Shown here: one piece after another, positions 1 to 8,738 of the stretch
Layout: every line of letters starts with the position of its first letter
Position numbering within the stretch: the stretch's first letter is position 1
Virus record (IMG/VR): IMGVR_UViG_2802429225_000007
Coordinates: 1 to 31,354 of that record
Reading direction: 5' to 3' (one strand)
Source: a virus
Lineage: Duplodnaviria; Heunggongvirae; Uroviricota; Caudoviricetes
Length of the DNA: 31,354 nt
Translations under genes and position numbers: made by a program
Notes under the pieces: generated by a model
What the model saw: only the letters and a program-made list of their open reading frames with translations
The model's database searches: none
Told to the model about the DNA's origin: nothing

Positions 1-160
1 GGTCTTTCCTCATTATGTAGCTTATTGCGTCATCTGCCACATGGCAGGCACGGGCAATATCAGACTCGGTCAAAGTCTGTTTCCTGACGCTGGCCGAGAG
101 TCGGCCAATTTTGATATCAAATGCGGAGAGCAGAGTTGCTCCCGGTTGCCATCGCAGCAT
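1..160 (-). CDS. hypothetical early-left-operon protein; N-terminus in window, gene continues past window start
   Basis: ATG at 160-158 (minus) preceded by GGAGG (rc of ~166-170); frame open to position 1; under 60 aa in window so absent from ORF track. Confidence 0.3.
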   Translation of the reverse strand, partial: MLRWQPGATLLSAFDIKIGRLSASVRKQTLTESDIARACHVADDAISYIMRKD

Positions 161-209
161 TGTGATCCTCCGGTGTCTGGTGAATCGCAATGCTAGCGGT
201 GGTGAGTTT

Positions 210-392
210 TTATTTCTGATTAGGCGTAATCAGTTCTGGTGGGGTGAATGCCGATTTCTCCCGCGTGACCTTAATGTTTTCTGGCAGGTGTAGCCCAAGT
301 TCGCAGCGACTCCGTGCTTCAATAATGCCATTGGTACCATCGGCAAGTACCAGGTGAACCGCGTCACCACGCTTTAATGTGAGTTTAAGCAT
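210..392 (-). CDS. small hypothetical protein of the leftward early operon
   Basis: 60-aa ORF; start overlaps stop of the upstream gene (translational coupling); GAGGG-type RBS upstream. Confidence 0.4.
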   Translation of the reverse strand: MLKLTLKRGDAVHLVLADGTNGIIEARSRCELGLHLPENIKVTREKSAFTPPELITPNQK

Positions 393-961
393 TAGCGTAC
401 CCTCAGTGACCGTTCGCCGCGTTCCAGATGTGCGCCTGGTACCGGGTTTAGTAATTCTGCTGGCGGTGTTTCTCCACGCGCCAGTATTTCGGCTGTAACA
501 GCCTCCGCAGATTCAATCACTTCTTTAATGGCTCGTTTGTTTGGTGTAATAACCGTTTCTACATCAACAAGTGACACACCCTCATACTCGTCCGGGATCT
601 TATCTTTGTTATCAATAATTACCCGGATAGCCCCCTGTGCATCAGTAAATGTGTTTTTTGCGGTTTTCAGTTTATCCAGGCCAGCAGCTTGCAGGCAGGC
701 GAGCATATGCTTCCGAATTGCTTTTTCCTTGCCTTCAAAGGACGTCTTACGGGTGGCCAGGCGAGACATTTCTTCAGCGCAGGTACTGGCATTGCCCTGT
801 AAATTGCGGCAGATGACCATCATGGCGTCCAGTTTGTCTCCCAGTTCTCCTTCCATACCTTCAAGCGTGTCGGCGATCATCTCTGGCGTCAGTTCGTCGG
901 AGGTTTCTAACAGGTCAATCAGACTGGCATATTCTTTTGCAATAGCGATAGCTGTGCTCAT
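392..961 (-). CDS. phage Gp157-like protein (recombination-module associated), putative
   Basis: 189-aa acidic protein directly downstream of and overlapping the large recombination-like gene; family assignment from memory of Siphovirus Gp157-type proteins, not verified. Confidence 0.4.
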   Translation of the reverse strand: MSTAIAIAKEYASLIDLLETSDELTPEMIADTLEGMEGELGDKLDAMMVICRNLQGNASTCAEEMSRLATRKTSFEGKEKAIRKHMLACLQAAGLDKLKTAKNTFTDAQGAIRVIIDNKDKIPDEYEGVSLVDVETVITPNKRAIKEVIESAEAVTAEILARGETPPAELLNPVPGAHLERGERSLRVR

Positions 962-3174
962 GCTGTTTGTTCCTGTGCGGCGGTGAGGGCGGTGAGGCGT
1001 TCGGTTTTAATGTCGGTGATACGGCGCAGACGTGATCCCAGATACGATGAATATTCTTTATCGCCTTTGGCTTCCGCTGCTTTCCTGTGTACATCCACTT
1101 CGCGGGCGATGAGGCCAAATACCTTGTTTACTTCGTTGGTGGTTACCGCGGCGGCCAGCGTATTGGCAACGTTGATAAGCTTCTCATCCAGTTCCTTACG
1201 AAGACGGGTAGCATCTTCCGCATTCTCGCTGGCATTCTTGATATCAAATTCAGCTTTATTCCTCTGGCGGTATTCCGGATTGTCGTACAGGCCCATGAAA
1301 ATATCGGCGCTGAAACCGAGAGGGGATAGCGCTTTCTTTACAGCATCCGTCCAGGACTTCTTCGGCGCTTCGCCGTCGCTTGTAGGTCCGTATTTAGTGT
1401 CGTAGATATAAGGTGTGCATCCGTAAGCCTCGGATTCACCGCGCACCCCATTCAACATGTACCAGACTCTAACTTTCATGGTGTGGTGCATTTCACATAG
1501 GTACCCGCCAACACCGTCTTGAATCAGATCCCATTCTATTTTTTCACCAACCTGTTTTTTGCGAACTATCGGTGCGCCTTTATCAAAACGCTCTTCCACC
1601 ACCTCTACACCCCAGCCAATACCAAACGGCCCAAATTCGCGAGTCGCTTTCATCGCTATATAAGTGCCGTTGATGGATGTGCCGCCGCCGTTCTGAGAGA
1701 AAGCTTTGGTGAAGCGCTCATCGGTTTTGAATACGTTCTTCCACAATGCCAGGTTATCCGTGTCGCCGGAGTCCTTTAACTCCGTTTCGATAGCTGAGAT
1801 TGCATTCTGCCGCTTGTGCTCTTCGGTATGGATCCGCTCAACCAGCGCGTCAACGTTCTGCACCAGATCCTTTACCTGCTCGCTAAGTTTTTCTTGTGGA
1901 GGAGTCTCTTCTGCCAGGGTAATTGCTGCAGGTTCCCTCTGTGATACGGCGTTATTTTCAGGTACGTCATACACATGGCGAGGCGTGACAAACTGCTCAC
2001 GCAACTGCTGCAAACTACGTTCTCCAGCATTTGCAGCTTCGCTTTTTTCGCCATGATTTGAGGGTGTTTCTGACATCATCCCATCAATTGAGAATCGTCC
2101 GCCGCCGTGGTTGGTGACTTTTACATCGTCCTTCGGTACTGCTTCCTTTGGTTTCTCTTCAACAGCATTTGCATCACGCTTCCCGTTAGCTTGCAGCCAG
2201 TTGTCGATGTGACTGCGCAGGGATTGCGGGAAGTGGTACGTGTCTTTTGCAGGGGCGCTCTGAACGACACCGAATACGGATGCCCGGTCATAGGAAAGGA
2301 TCTGATCCGTTGTGCGCAAGGCCATTGACCAGCGTTTAAAATCCTCCCGGTCCTGGCTGATTATTTCGTCTGCCGCTTTCAGGACGCTGGGAGTGATTTT
2401 TTCCGGGCCAACAGGTAACAGGGCGCAGGCAATTTCACGATCCAGTGTGGCGTGCGTCTGTTTGTAAGGACGTGCGGATGCTGTTTCTGGTATTACCTCC
2501 GGCAGCATTTCATCGCGTTTACCGGGATTCTCTACCCATTTTTTTATAAATTTGGAGATAGTCCAACTGGTCGGGTTTTGTTCCTGGGTATCGCAACTTG
2601 CCAAAATTGCATGTACCAGATTATTCAATCCAGCAATATGCATGTACTCGATGGGCTTACACGCCACCATGGCATCAAGAACGATGCGGTTAAACGCGTC
2701 AACCTCATCCTGACTGTCAGTATCACTGTTGTCGAGCATCTCCAGGTATTCACGCGTCTGCGCAAGCAATTCACTGTCGACTTCGTTGGCATCGTGGCTG
2801 AACAGCAGGACGGCGGCGAAGCGTTCACGAGCAGGCAGTTTCATCAGGTCGCTAACCTGTGCGATATCTGCTGAACCGCTATCTGAATCAGCGGGGGTGT
2901 TAACTACCCATTTTTCGCCATCAAAACTGTGTTCTGTGGCGAACGTCTCATCAAACTCACCGACGCCTGGGCGCGGTTGGCCCGGGGCATCTTCCCAGAT
3001 TTTAGGTTTGAAATAGTTGTCGCCGTGGTCAGGGTAGGCTTCCCACAATTTGCCGATGATGATGTTCTCGGCAACTTTTTTGTTAGGGGCGTCGATGGCG
3101 ATGGCCAGCGCCGGGATCGCGCCGTTTTTGAGCGCGCCTTTTTTCGCTTCTAACAAGCCGTTAAAAATGGTCAT
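958..3174 (-). CDS. large recombination-module protein with C-terminal Erf/Rad52-like single-strand-annealing-type motifs
   Basis: 738-aa ORF; C-terminal region (GPFGIGWG...YGPTSDGEAPKKSWTDAVKKALSPLGF) resembles SSAP cores; start ATG at 3174 preceded by GAGGAAAGACC. Confidence 0.4.
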   Translation of the reverse strand: MTIFNGLLEAKKGALKNGAIPALAIAIDAPNKKVAENIIIGKLWEAYPDHGDNYFKPKIWEDAPGQPRPGVGEFDETFATEHSFDGEKWVVNTPADSDSGSADIAQVSDLMKLPARERFAAVLLFSHDANEVDSELLAQTREYLEMLDNSDTDSQDEVDAFNRIVLDAMVACKPIEYMHIAGLNNLVHAILASCDTQEQNPTSWTISKFIKKWVENPGKRDEMLPEVIPETASARPYKQTHATLDREIACALLPVGPEKITPSVLKAADEIISQDREDFKRWSMALRTTDQILSYDRASVFGVVQSAPAKDTYHFPQSLRSHIDNWLQANGKRDANAVEEKPKEAVPKDDVKVTNHGGGRFSIDGMMSETPSNHGEKSEAANAGERSLQQLREQFVTPRHVYDVPENNAVSQREPAAITLAEETPPQEKLSEQVKDLVQNVDALVERIHTEEHKRQNAISAIETELKDSGDTDNLALWKNVFKTDERFTKAFSQNGGGTSINGTYIAMKATREFGPFGIGWGVEVVEERFDKGAPIVRKKQVGEKIEWDLIQDGVGGYLCEMHHTMKVRVWYMLNGVRGESEAYGCTPYIYDTKYGPTSDGEAPKKSWTDAVKKALSPLGFSADIFMGLYDNPEYRQRNKAEFDIKNASENAEDATRLRKELDEKLINVANTLAAAVTTNEVNKVFGLIAREVDVHRKAAEAKGDKEYSSYLGSRLRRITDIKTERLTALTAAQEQTA

Positions 3175-3204
3175 TGGTCTTTCCTCATTACAGGTCAGTG
3201 GTCT

Positions 3205-3525
3205 TTAGTAGGGGATTTCAACGGTATCTGGCGTGTATTCGATGCAAAGTAACTGCTGGATTTTGTCATCGATAGCAGCAATACGCTGTTGGGCGTCGGC
3301 GGCTGTTTTCTGTTTTTGCTCACTCAGTTGCTCGACCTGTAAACCGATGATGTCGATTGGCTGAGGCTGGTTGACGGTAATTTCAATTTCGCGGCTTTCC
3401 AGAAGGATGTACCTGTCTGGAAAATTTTTTGACATATCAACAGTCGCAACAAGCAGCTTTTCGTGGCTGAAAGTTGAAGTTGCATAATGAATAAAGAGTG
3501 TTACTGGGATGGTGCGCGCTTCCAT
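3205..3525 (-). CDS. hypothetical early protein, first gene of leftward operon
   Basis: 106-aa ORF with AAGGAG RBS 7 nt upstream of ATG at 3525. Confidence 0.5.
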   Translation of the reverse strand: MEARTIPVTLFIHYATSTFSHEKLLVATVDMSKNFPDRYILLESREIEITVNQPQPIDIIGLQVEQLSEQKQKTAADAQQRIAAIDDKIQQLLCIEYTPDTVEIPY

Positions 3526-3679
3526 AGCGACTCCTTGGTGGGGTATACTCAGAACCGATCAGCGGCTCTGTCGTTGGTCTTTCCTCGGTGTAAGGTTGGT
3601 CCCTTGCACCATATCCGAATGGTTTGGTCGCCGTTCGGGGTAACTGGCCCGCCTTGTGCGGGTCTTTTGCCATCTAAAG

Positions 3680-3702
3680 GGTGCCGTCTTTCCGGCTGTC
3701 AG
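3680..3702. repeat. 23-bp direct repeat GGTGCCGTCTTTCCGGCTGTCAG, copy 1, in leftward leader
   Basis: exact 23/23 identity with 4132-4154. Confidence 0.7.
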
Positions 3703-4131
3703 GGCTGGTCATGCCCGGTCTTTCCTCGTTGCGCCTCTCTGCGAGAGGCTCTGGCTTTCACCAGAGGGTCCCAATAATTACGGTGTAGCGCCCGGAATCG
3801 AACCGGGTAACGGGCAGGGAGTTCCCGTCAAACACCTGTTCACCACAACCGGGAGCGCACTCCGCCATTTCAAAATTTAACGACAAAGCTCAAAGTTGAG
3901 TCGATGAAGTGCGCTCTCGTGTTGTCGCCAGGACTCTTCCCTGGTGGTCACACCGTATCGCCTTGATGGTGAATCAATCGCTCATACCTGGCTGTGGCTT
4001 GCACATTCCGGCTACCTGCTATGGAGACAACGCGTTAAGGCTCCGCTTCCATCCAGACCGCTTCGACACATGTGCCATATGCCGGTGAAGTCTTTCCCTC
4101 TGTCATCGTGTTGGCGCCGACGCGCAAAATT

Positions 4132-4154
4132 TGGTGCCGTCTTTCCGGCTGTCA
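4132..4154. repeat. 23-bp direct repeat GGTGCCGTCTTTCCGGCTGTCAG, copy 2, adjacent to a hairpin at 4155-4171
   Basis: exact 23/23 identity with 3680-3702; followed by TCAGAA-cttgt-TTCTGA hairpin. Confidence 0.7.
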
Positions 4155-4204
4155 GAACTTGTTTCTGAACAACTGCCGCTGGGTAAGCGTTGTTGATGAA
4201 AGTG

Positions 4205-4233
4205 ACTTTACAATTTGTATTTGTAATTGTCAA
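4205..4233 (-). promoter_or_regulatory. candidate leftward early promoter (pL-like)
   Basis: minus strand TTGACA (4233-4228), 17-bp spacer, TAAAGT (4210-4205); overlapped by TTTGTA(A/T)T operator-like repeats. Confidence 0.5.
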
Positions 4234-4352
4234 TGTGTTTTTAAAAAATAATTTGTAGTGAGGGGCAAAAAAATATTCACTGTGTAAAGGTGTTTTTGTG
4301 TTAGGGGGAAAGTTGCATGCCAGCAGCGGCTGGCCTGGAAATTTGAACTGAA

Positions 4353-4781
4353 CTATTTTGTCTGGTTTTTGGCTTCAAGTAGTTCTTTTAGCAGTAGATC
4401 GAAGTGCTCTCTTTTTTCTTTTAGCTCATTGATTAATTTATTTTTTTCGCTCTCAGGCAGTCCTCTGAATAGTTGCAGTAGAGCCTGTTCTTGCGGGGTT
4501 AGTTCTTGATTGTAATTACCCGGGTGTAGCGTGGATTCATCCAAATATTCCCCTTCATTCATGAAGAAAAAATGAACAGGGTATCCGGTCACTTTTGCTA
4601 GTTTGTCTAATTTATCTTTTCTTGGAGTTACCCCATTACACCATGCCTGAACTGATTGAGCCGTAACCCCAATATGGCGAGCTAGCTCAGATTGAGACCA
4701 GCCTAAGTCTTTTAGAATCCGTTGTAGTCGGCTAGCAAAAGCCATGTTTTTCGTTTTTGTGTTCATACCGTAAGGATACAA
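4353..4781 (-). CDS. prophage immunity repressor, XRE-family HTH, no LexA/S24-like autocleavage domain
   Basis: 142 aa; N-terminal HTH (SQSELARHIGVTAQSVQAWCNG); divergent from cro-like gene; C-terminus short and coiled-coil-like, no Ala-Gly / Ser-Lys peptidase region. Confidence 0.7.
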   Translation of the reverse strand: MYPYGMNTKTKNMAFASRLQRILKDLGWSQSELARHIGVTAQSVQAWCNGVTPRKDKLDKLAKVTGYPVHFFFMNEGEYLDESTLHPGNYNQELTPQEQALLQLFRGLPESEKNKLINELKEKREHFDLLLKELLEAKNQTK

Positions 4782-4864
4782 GGTTTAATTGTAGGGAGCA
4801 TTGCAAATATAATTTGTAATTACAGTTATTATTTGTAATGATGACGCGGACACAAGGAGTCCAT
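4782..4864. promoter_or_regulatory. divergent promoter/operator region between repressor and cro-like gene
   Basis: candidate pR TTGTAA (4814-4819), 17 bp, TAATGA (4837-4842); TGTAATTACA palindrome at ~4815-4824; repeated ATTTGTAAT half-sites shared with the pL region. Confidence 0.5.
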
Positions 4865-5095
4865 ATGGATAAACAACTGCAAGACAAAATTCTTTCCGTA
4901 ATGAGTCAATCCGAGTTAGGGCGGCGATTAGGGAAAAAACCACAAACGGTAAGCCTCTGGTTCAAAGGACGGGTTCCCGGTGAAGAGGTTTTGCGCACAT
5001 CTGAAGCTCTTGAATGGCGCGTGACCCCTCATGATCTTAGACCGGATCTTTACCCAAACCCAGATGACAGCTTGCCTAAAACGGAAGCAGCTTAA
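4865..5095 (+). CDS. Cro-like / YdaS-like small HTH regulator
   Basis: AAGGAG RBS 7 nt before ATG at 4865 (track start 4838 is probably too early); HTH SQSELGRRLGKKPQTVSLW; position right of repressor. Confidence 0.6.
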   Translation: MDKQLQDKILSVMSQSELGRRLGKKPQTVSLWFKGRVPGEEVLRTSEALEWRVTPHDLRPDLYPNPDDSLPKTEAA

Positions 5096-5153
5096 CTGTT
5101 GGTGAGCCCCAAATCTGATTAAGCGTAATCAATTTTTAGCGACAGGAGACGCT

Positions 5154-5648
5154 ATGGAAAACCCAGAGGAATTACAAAAAGAGATTTTGACCTGGGCGGC
5201 AAGGGCAGGGCAGGAACTCGTCACGATTGAAATCTGCCGAGCCTGGTTCAGCCAGGGACGCAATGATGAGTTGAGACTACATGAATTTGAGGACACGGAC
5301 GGCAACGTGGACTGGAGAGCCATCAACAACAACCGGCAGAAAATCTTTCGCTGGTTACGTGGCGAGACAACGGCGGCGCGCCGAAAAACTCAGGTGCTGG
5401 CCAGTGTGATGAAAGCCGTGCTACCCGCAGAACGGCGGGCTCGTCTGGAGTCGCCGGGCGAGCCTGTTTTGCTGGCAACGCTGGCGGCAAAAGAAGGGGT
5501 GGAAGCGATTAACGCTGTACATCTCCACTTCGCGCCAGAGTTAACTATCCAGGAAATTGACGAAGCAATAGCGGCGCTGGTAGCGACGCGAGGGGCAGTG
5601 ATAAGCACTGCGCAAGACCACCATGCAGAGCGCCTGACCAGCGTTTAA
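5154..5648 (+). CDS. CII-position regulator (YdaT-like), putative
   Basis: 164-aa ORF immediately downstream of cro-like gene, as in Rac-type immunity regions; family assignment by position and memory only. Confidence 0.35.
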   Translation: MENPEELQKEILTWAARAGQELVTIEICRAWFSQGRNDELRLHEFEDTDGNVDWRAINNNRQKIFRWLRGETTAARRKTQVLASVMKAVLPAERRARLESPGEPVLLATLAAKEGVEAINAVHLHFAPELTIQEIDEAIAALVATRGAVISTAQDHHAERLTSV

Positions 5649-5668
5649 CTTATACCGAGGAAAGACCG

Positions 5669-5893
5669 ATGTTAAGACATATTGACCGTATTACCTGGCG
5701 TAACGGCTGGCACCTGAATGGGCGCCCGGCACATGTTGCAGAGATCCGCCCCATATTCGATGGCCGCGTCGTAGCTGCACGTTCTGTGTGGGAAAAGTAC
5801 GAAGAAGAAAAAGCGAAACTGCGTGAGCAAAATCTCTCTGGCGCTGCCTATGAGGCTGGCTGCCGCGTTCTCTCAGAGGCTTTGGGCATATGA
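5669..5893 (+). CDS. hypothetical protein
   Basis: 74-aa ORF; start preceded by CCGAGGAAAGACC motif; stop overlaps start of the initiator gene. Confidence 0.5.
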   Translation: MLRHIDRITWRNGWHLNGRPAHVAEIRPIFDGRVVAARSVWEKYEEEKAKLREQNLSGAAYEAGCRVLSEALGI

Positions 5894-6900
5894 ACATCCT
5901 CCCGTTACTTGATAGACCCATAGCCTTCCAGAGAAGTTTTATCCGTCTTGAAACGGGCGTGACTGCCGCATTGTTTCTGTCGCAGTTGACGTACTGGACA
6001 AACAGAACAACTGACGACGGCTGGGTATATAAAACCCAGGATGAGTGGGAAGAGGAAACAGGGCTTTCACGATACGAGCAGGAGGGCGTCCGCAAAAAAC
6101 TACGTGGTCTCGGCGTCTTGCTAGAACGTAAACAGGGCTTGCCTGCCAGGCTGTACTACAAAATCGATAATGATGTGTTGTGCCAGCTACTTACGTCCGC
6201 ATACAAGGATGCGGAAAAACCACATACAGGTGAGGGGAAAACCACCAGGCCTGTACGTGGAAAACCAACAAACATTCTTACAGAGAATACAACAGAGAAT
6301 ACTACAGAGATTATAGATCCCCCTAACCCCCAGGGGGGAGACGGCGACGAGACCATTCTCGCTGATGCTCAAAAAGCACTGGCCAGTTACAACGAGCAAA
6401 CCAACACGCGTTGTCGCGACGTTAAACCGTTCGTTACGCTGCTGACTCCGACAAAAACGCGAACCGGTTATACCGTCGCGGAAATCGAACTGGTGATCCG
6501 CTGGGTGTTGGCAACGTGGCACCGTCGTAGCGGTAGTGTGCCCAAAATCGCAAATATTTGCCGTGTAGGACGCTTTGATGGCTACCTGGCTGACGCTGAG
6601 GCCTGGGCTGTCGCTGAGGCTGCTGTAGACCCCTCTGAGGTCGTTAACGGCTACAACGAGATTTTCGCTGATTTACTGCCTGAGGCTGAAATCGACACAG
6701 ACCGCCGCCGGGCGATCATGAAACTACTGGCACACATGCGGTCGCAAACTCTCGGGGCGTTCCTGGGGTATTTCGAAAAATTCCGTGATACCGCACCTAA
6801 ATTTTATTTCGGTGGTGAGGATCGCGACGGCTGGCGGGCAGGGTTTGATTACCTGATGAAACCGGAAACGCTGCGTAAAACCAGGGAGGGGGCATTATGA
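5890..6900 (+). CDS. phage replication initiation protein (O-like / replisome organiser)
   Basis: N-terminal winged-helix-like region typical of phage initiators; internal iteron-like repeats; stop overlaps start of helicase gene. Confidence 0.55.
   Translation: MNILPLLDRPIAFQRSFIRLETGVTAALFLSQLTYWTNRTTDDGWVYKTQDEWEEETGLSRYEQEGVRKKLRGLGVLLERKQGLPARLYYKIDNDVLCQLLTSAYKDAEKPHTGEGKTTRPVRGKPTNILTENTTENTTEIIDPPNPQGGDGDETILADAQKALASYNEQTNTRCRDVKPFVTLLTPTKTRTGYTVAEIELVIRWVLATWHRRSGSVPKIANICRVGRFDGYLADAEAWAVAEAAVDPSEVVNGYNEIFADLLPEAEIDTDRRRAIMKLLAHMRSQTLGAFLGYFEKFRDTAPKFYFGGEDRDGWRAGFDYLMKPETLRKTREGAL
6280..6315 (+). repeat. three tandem ~12-bp iteron-like repeats (ACAGAGAATAC-type) inside the initiator gene, followed by a C5/G6 palindrome at 6318-6340
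   Basis: tacagagaatac / aacagagaatac / tacagagattat in tandem; encodes the ENTTENTTE linker. Confidence 0.4.
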
Positions 6901-8288
6901 ATCCGGAAGAACTGGAAGCGATCGTTCTCGCTGGTCTGATTAACGGTGGCGCGACGCCTGACGCGTTTGATGTGATTGCCACCACTCCGGAGGAAGCTTT
7001 CAGCATTGTGTTTCACCGCCGCGCTTTTAGCGAAATCAAAAAGCAGGCGCTGGCGAACGGCTTCATAGACATGCTGTTTCTCAGTGAATCGCTGGGCGGT
7101 TCCAGCCTTGCGGACCTGTCTCAGATATCCCGAATCCCGGCGACGGTAGCGAATCTGAAAGGCTATGCCGGGAAAATGGTGCAGGCGTGGCGGAGCCGCA
7201 AAATGGCGGCATTGTTGCAATCTGGCGCGGATGGTATCCGTAACGCTGTAAACCAGAGTCAGCGTGATGAGGTTATTGAATCTCATGTTGCTCAGGTGCT
7301 GGATATGAGCGCCGCTACCGGCACAGTCCAGCCGGTACACATCAAAGAGCTGTTACCGCTCTACATTGACACCGTTGATAAACGGATGTCTGGCGACGCG
7401 CAGGAAATGATGCTGAAAACCGGAGTCGAGGATCTGGATGTCGCCCTGGGCGGTATCAACATGACCGACCTTGTTGTGGTTGCCGGTCGTCCAGGCATGG
7501 GGAAAACGGAATTTACCCTGAAGATTATCGATGGCGTTACCGCAGATGGCGGTGGCGCACTGTTTTTCAGCATGGAAATGGGCGCTCAGCAGATTGTTGA
7601 ACGTACCGTTGCCGGGGCTGGGAATATGTCCTCATCGCGTCTGCGTAATCCAAAAGAAATGGACGATGAGGACTGGTCGCGATTAACCGCTGCGCTGGAG
7701 ACCATGCAGGATCGCGATATCTGGATTGTTGATGCCACTGATTTGACGATTGAGCAGATCCGCGCCATTGCAGAGACTCATAAACGCCGTTATCCGCACC
7801 TGAAGTTGATTGGTGTTGATTACATGGGCTTGATCAAAAAACCGAAGGCCGAGCGCCACGATCTCGCTGTGGGGCATATCTCCCGCAACATGAAGACTAT
7901 GGCCATGCGTCTGCATACCCCTGTTTTTGCTCTTAGCCAGCTTTCCCGCCAGGTGGATTCTCGACCTGCTGGCCAGCGTCGCCCGGTGATGTCGGACCTG
8001 CGCGATTCCGGCAGTGTTGAGCAGGACGCTGACAGCATTTTGTTTTTGTACCGCGATGAAGTTTACACACCTGATTCACCTGCAAAGGGTATCGCCGAGG
8101 TGATTATCGGTAAAAACCGTTCTGGCGGGGCAGGTGAAATTATTTATCAGGAATTCAGGAATGGGCATTTCCTGCCAGTTGATCAACACGTAGCACGCGA
8201 AAAATTACGCATCCAGAAGGAGGCAGAACAACCGAGAAAACGTGAAAAACGGTATTCAAACAAAAACTTTAATACGGACCCCTTTTAA
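6897..8288 (+). CDS. replicative DNA helicase, DnaB family
   Basis: Walker A GRPGMGKT, SQLSR and RDSGSVEQDADSILFLYRDEVY motifs typical of the DnaB C-terminal domain. Confidence 0.85.
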   Translation: MNPEELEAIVLAGLINGGATPDAFDVIATTPEEAFSIVFHRRAFSEIKKQALANGFIDMLFLSESLGGSSLADLSQISRIPATVANLKGYAGKMVQAWRSRKMAALLQSGADGIRNAVNQSQRDEVIESHVAQVLDMSAATGTVQPVHIKELLPLYIDTVDKRMSGDAQEMMLKTGVEDLDVALGGINMTDLVVVAGRPGMGKTEFTLKIIDGVTADGGGALFFSMEMGAQQIVERTVAGAGNMSSSRLRNPKEMDDEDWSRLTAALETMQDRDIWIVDATDLTIEQIRAIAETHKRRYPHLKLIGVDYMGLIKKPKAERHDLAVGHISRNMKTMAMRLHTPVFALSQLSRQVDSRPAGQRRPVMSDLRDSGSVEQDADSILFLYRDEVYTPDSPAKGIAEVIIGKNRSGGAGEIIYQEFRNGHFLPVDQHVAREKLRIQKEAEQPRKREKRYSNKNFNTDPF

Positions 8289-8326
8289 CCACGCCTGACC
8301 AGCGTGAAATAACCGAGGAAAGACCA

Positions 8327-8737
8327 ATGACCACCACTCCAGGCAAATTAGAGTACCCGTCGGACAAAGGACACATAGACGACGGTAAAAACTATCTCGA
8401 CGTCATTTTGTGGAATATGAACGTCGGGCCACGTGCGCGCACTCGCGCGGTTTTTGTGCCAAGACCCAAAGCAGGCAATTTTTCAACCCCTGCTCAACCT
8501 GCCTGTCAGGCATCCGTGGCCACAGCGCCAGCAGTGAAACGTAAGGGGAAAACGCACACCGGGATCGCGATTCGCAGAAATGGCGAGCGGCAAGTGAAAC
8601 TCCACGAAACAGCGACAACCTGGTGTGCCTCACCGCATGAAACTTACGACAAGATAACCGGGCAGCGCATTGGCGCGCCTGGTCGCTGTCGCCTGCTGCT
8701 GAGTTCCATCACTCCGATAGCAAAGAAAGGGGCGTGA
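8327..8737 (+). CDS. hypothetical nin-region protein
   Basis: 136-aa ORF; CCGAGGAAAGACC RBS motif before ATG. Confidence 0.45.
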   Translation: MTTTPGKLEYPSDKGHIDDGKNYLDVILWNMNVGPRARTRAVFVPRPKAGNFSTPAQPACQASVATAPAVKRKGKTHTGIAIRRNGERQVKLHETATTWCASPHETYDKITGQRIGAPGRCRLLLSSITPIAKKGA

Positions 8738-8738
8738 T

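Noticed and set aside
528-1405. Plus-strand ORFs 528-986 and 983-1405 (and similar antisense ORFs such as 14914-15546, 25950-26375, 28574-29395)
   Set aside because: They lie antisense within better-supported genes, have Ser/Ala/Arg-rich shadow-ORF composition and lack RBSs
3781-3870. tRNA-like T-arm hairpin (rc CCCGG-TTCGATT-CCGGG at 3791-3807)
   Set aside because: No complementary acceptor stem, no anticodon or D arm in register, and no CCA end; treated as an isolated hairpin, possibly a tRNA-derived remnant
3437-3880. Track ORFs 3437-3673 (-) and 3656-3880 (+) in the leader
   Set aside because: Low-complexity Pro/Arg/Gly-rich translations, no RBS, and overlap with the well-supported gene 3205-3525
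4012-4233. ORF 4012-4233 (-) as a possible N-like antiterminator (contains ARRRQ)
   Set aside because: Its start codon lies inside the predicted promoter -35 element, so it cannot be translated from the pL transcript; no RBS
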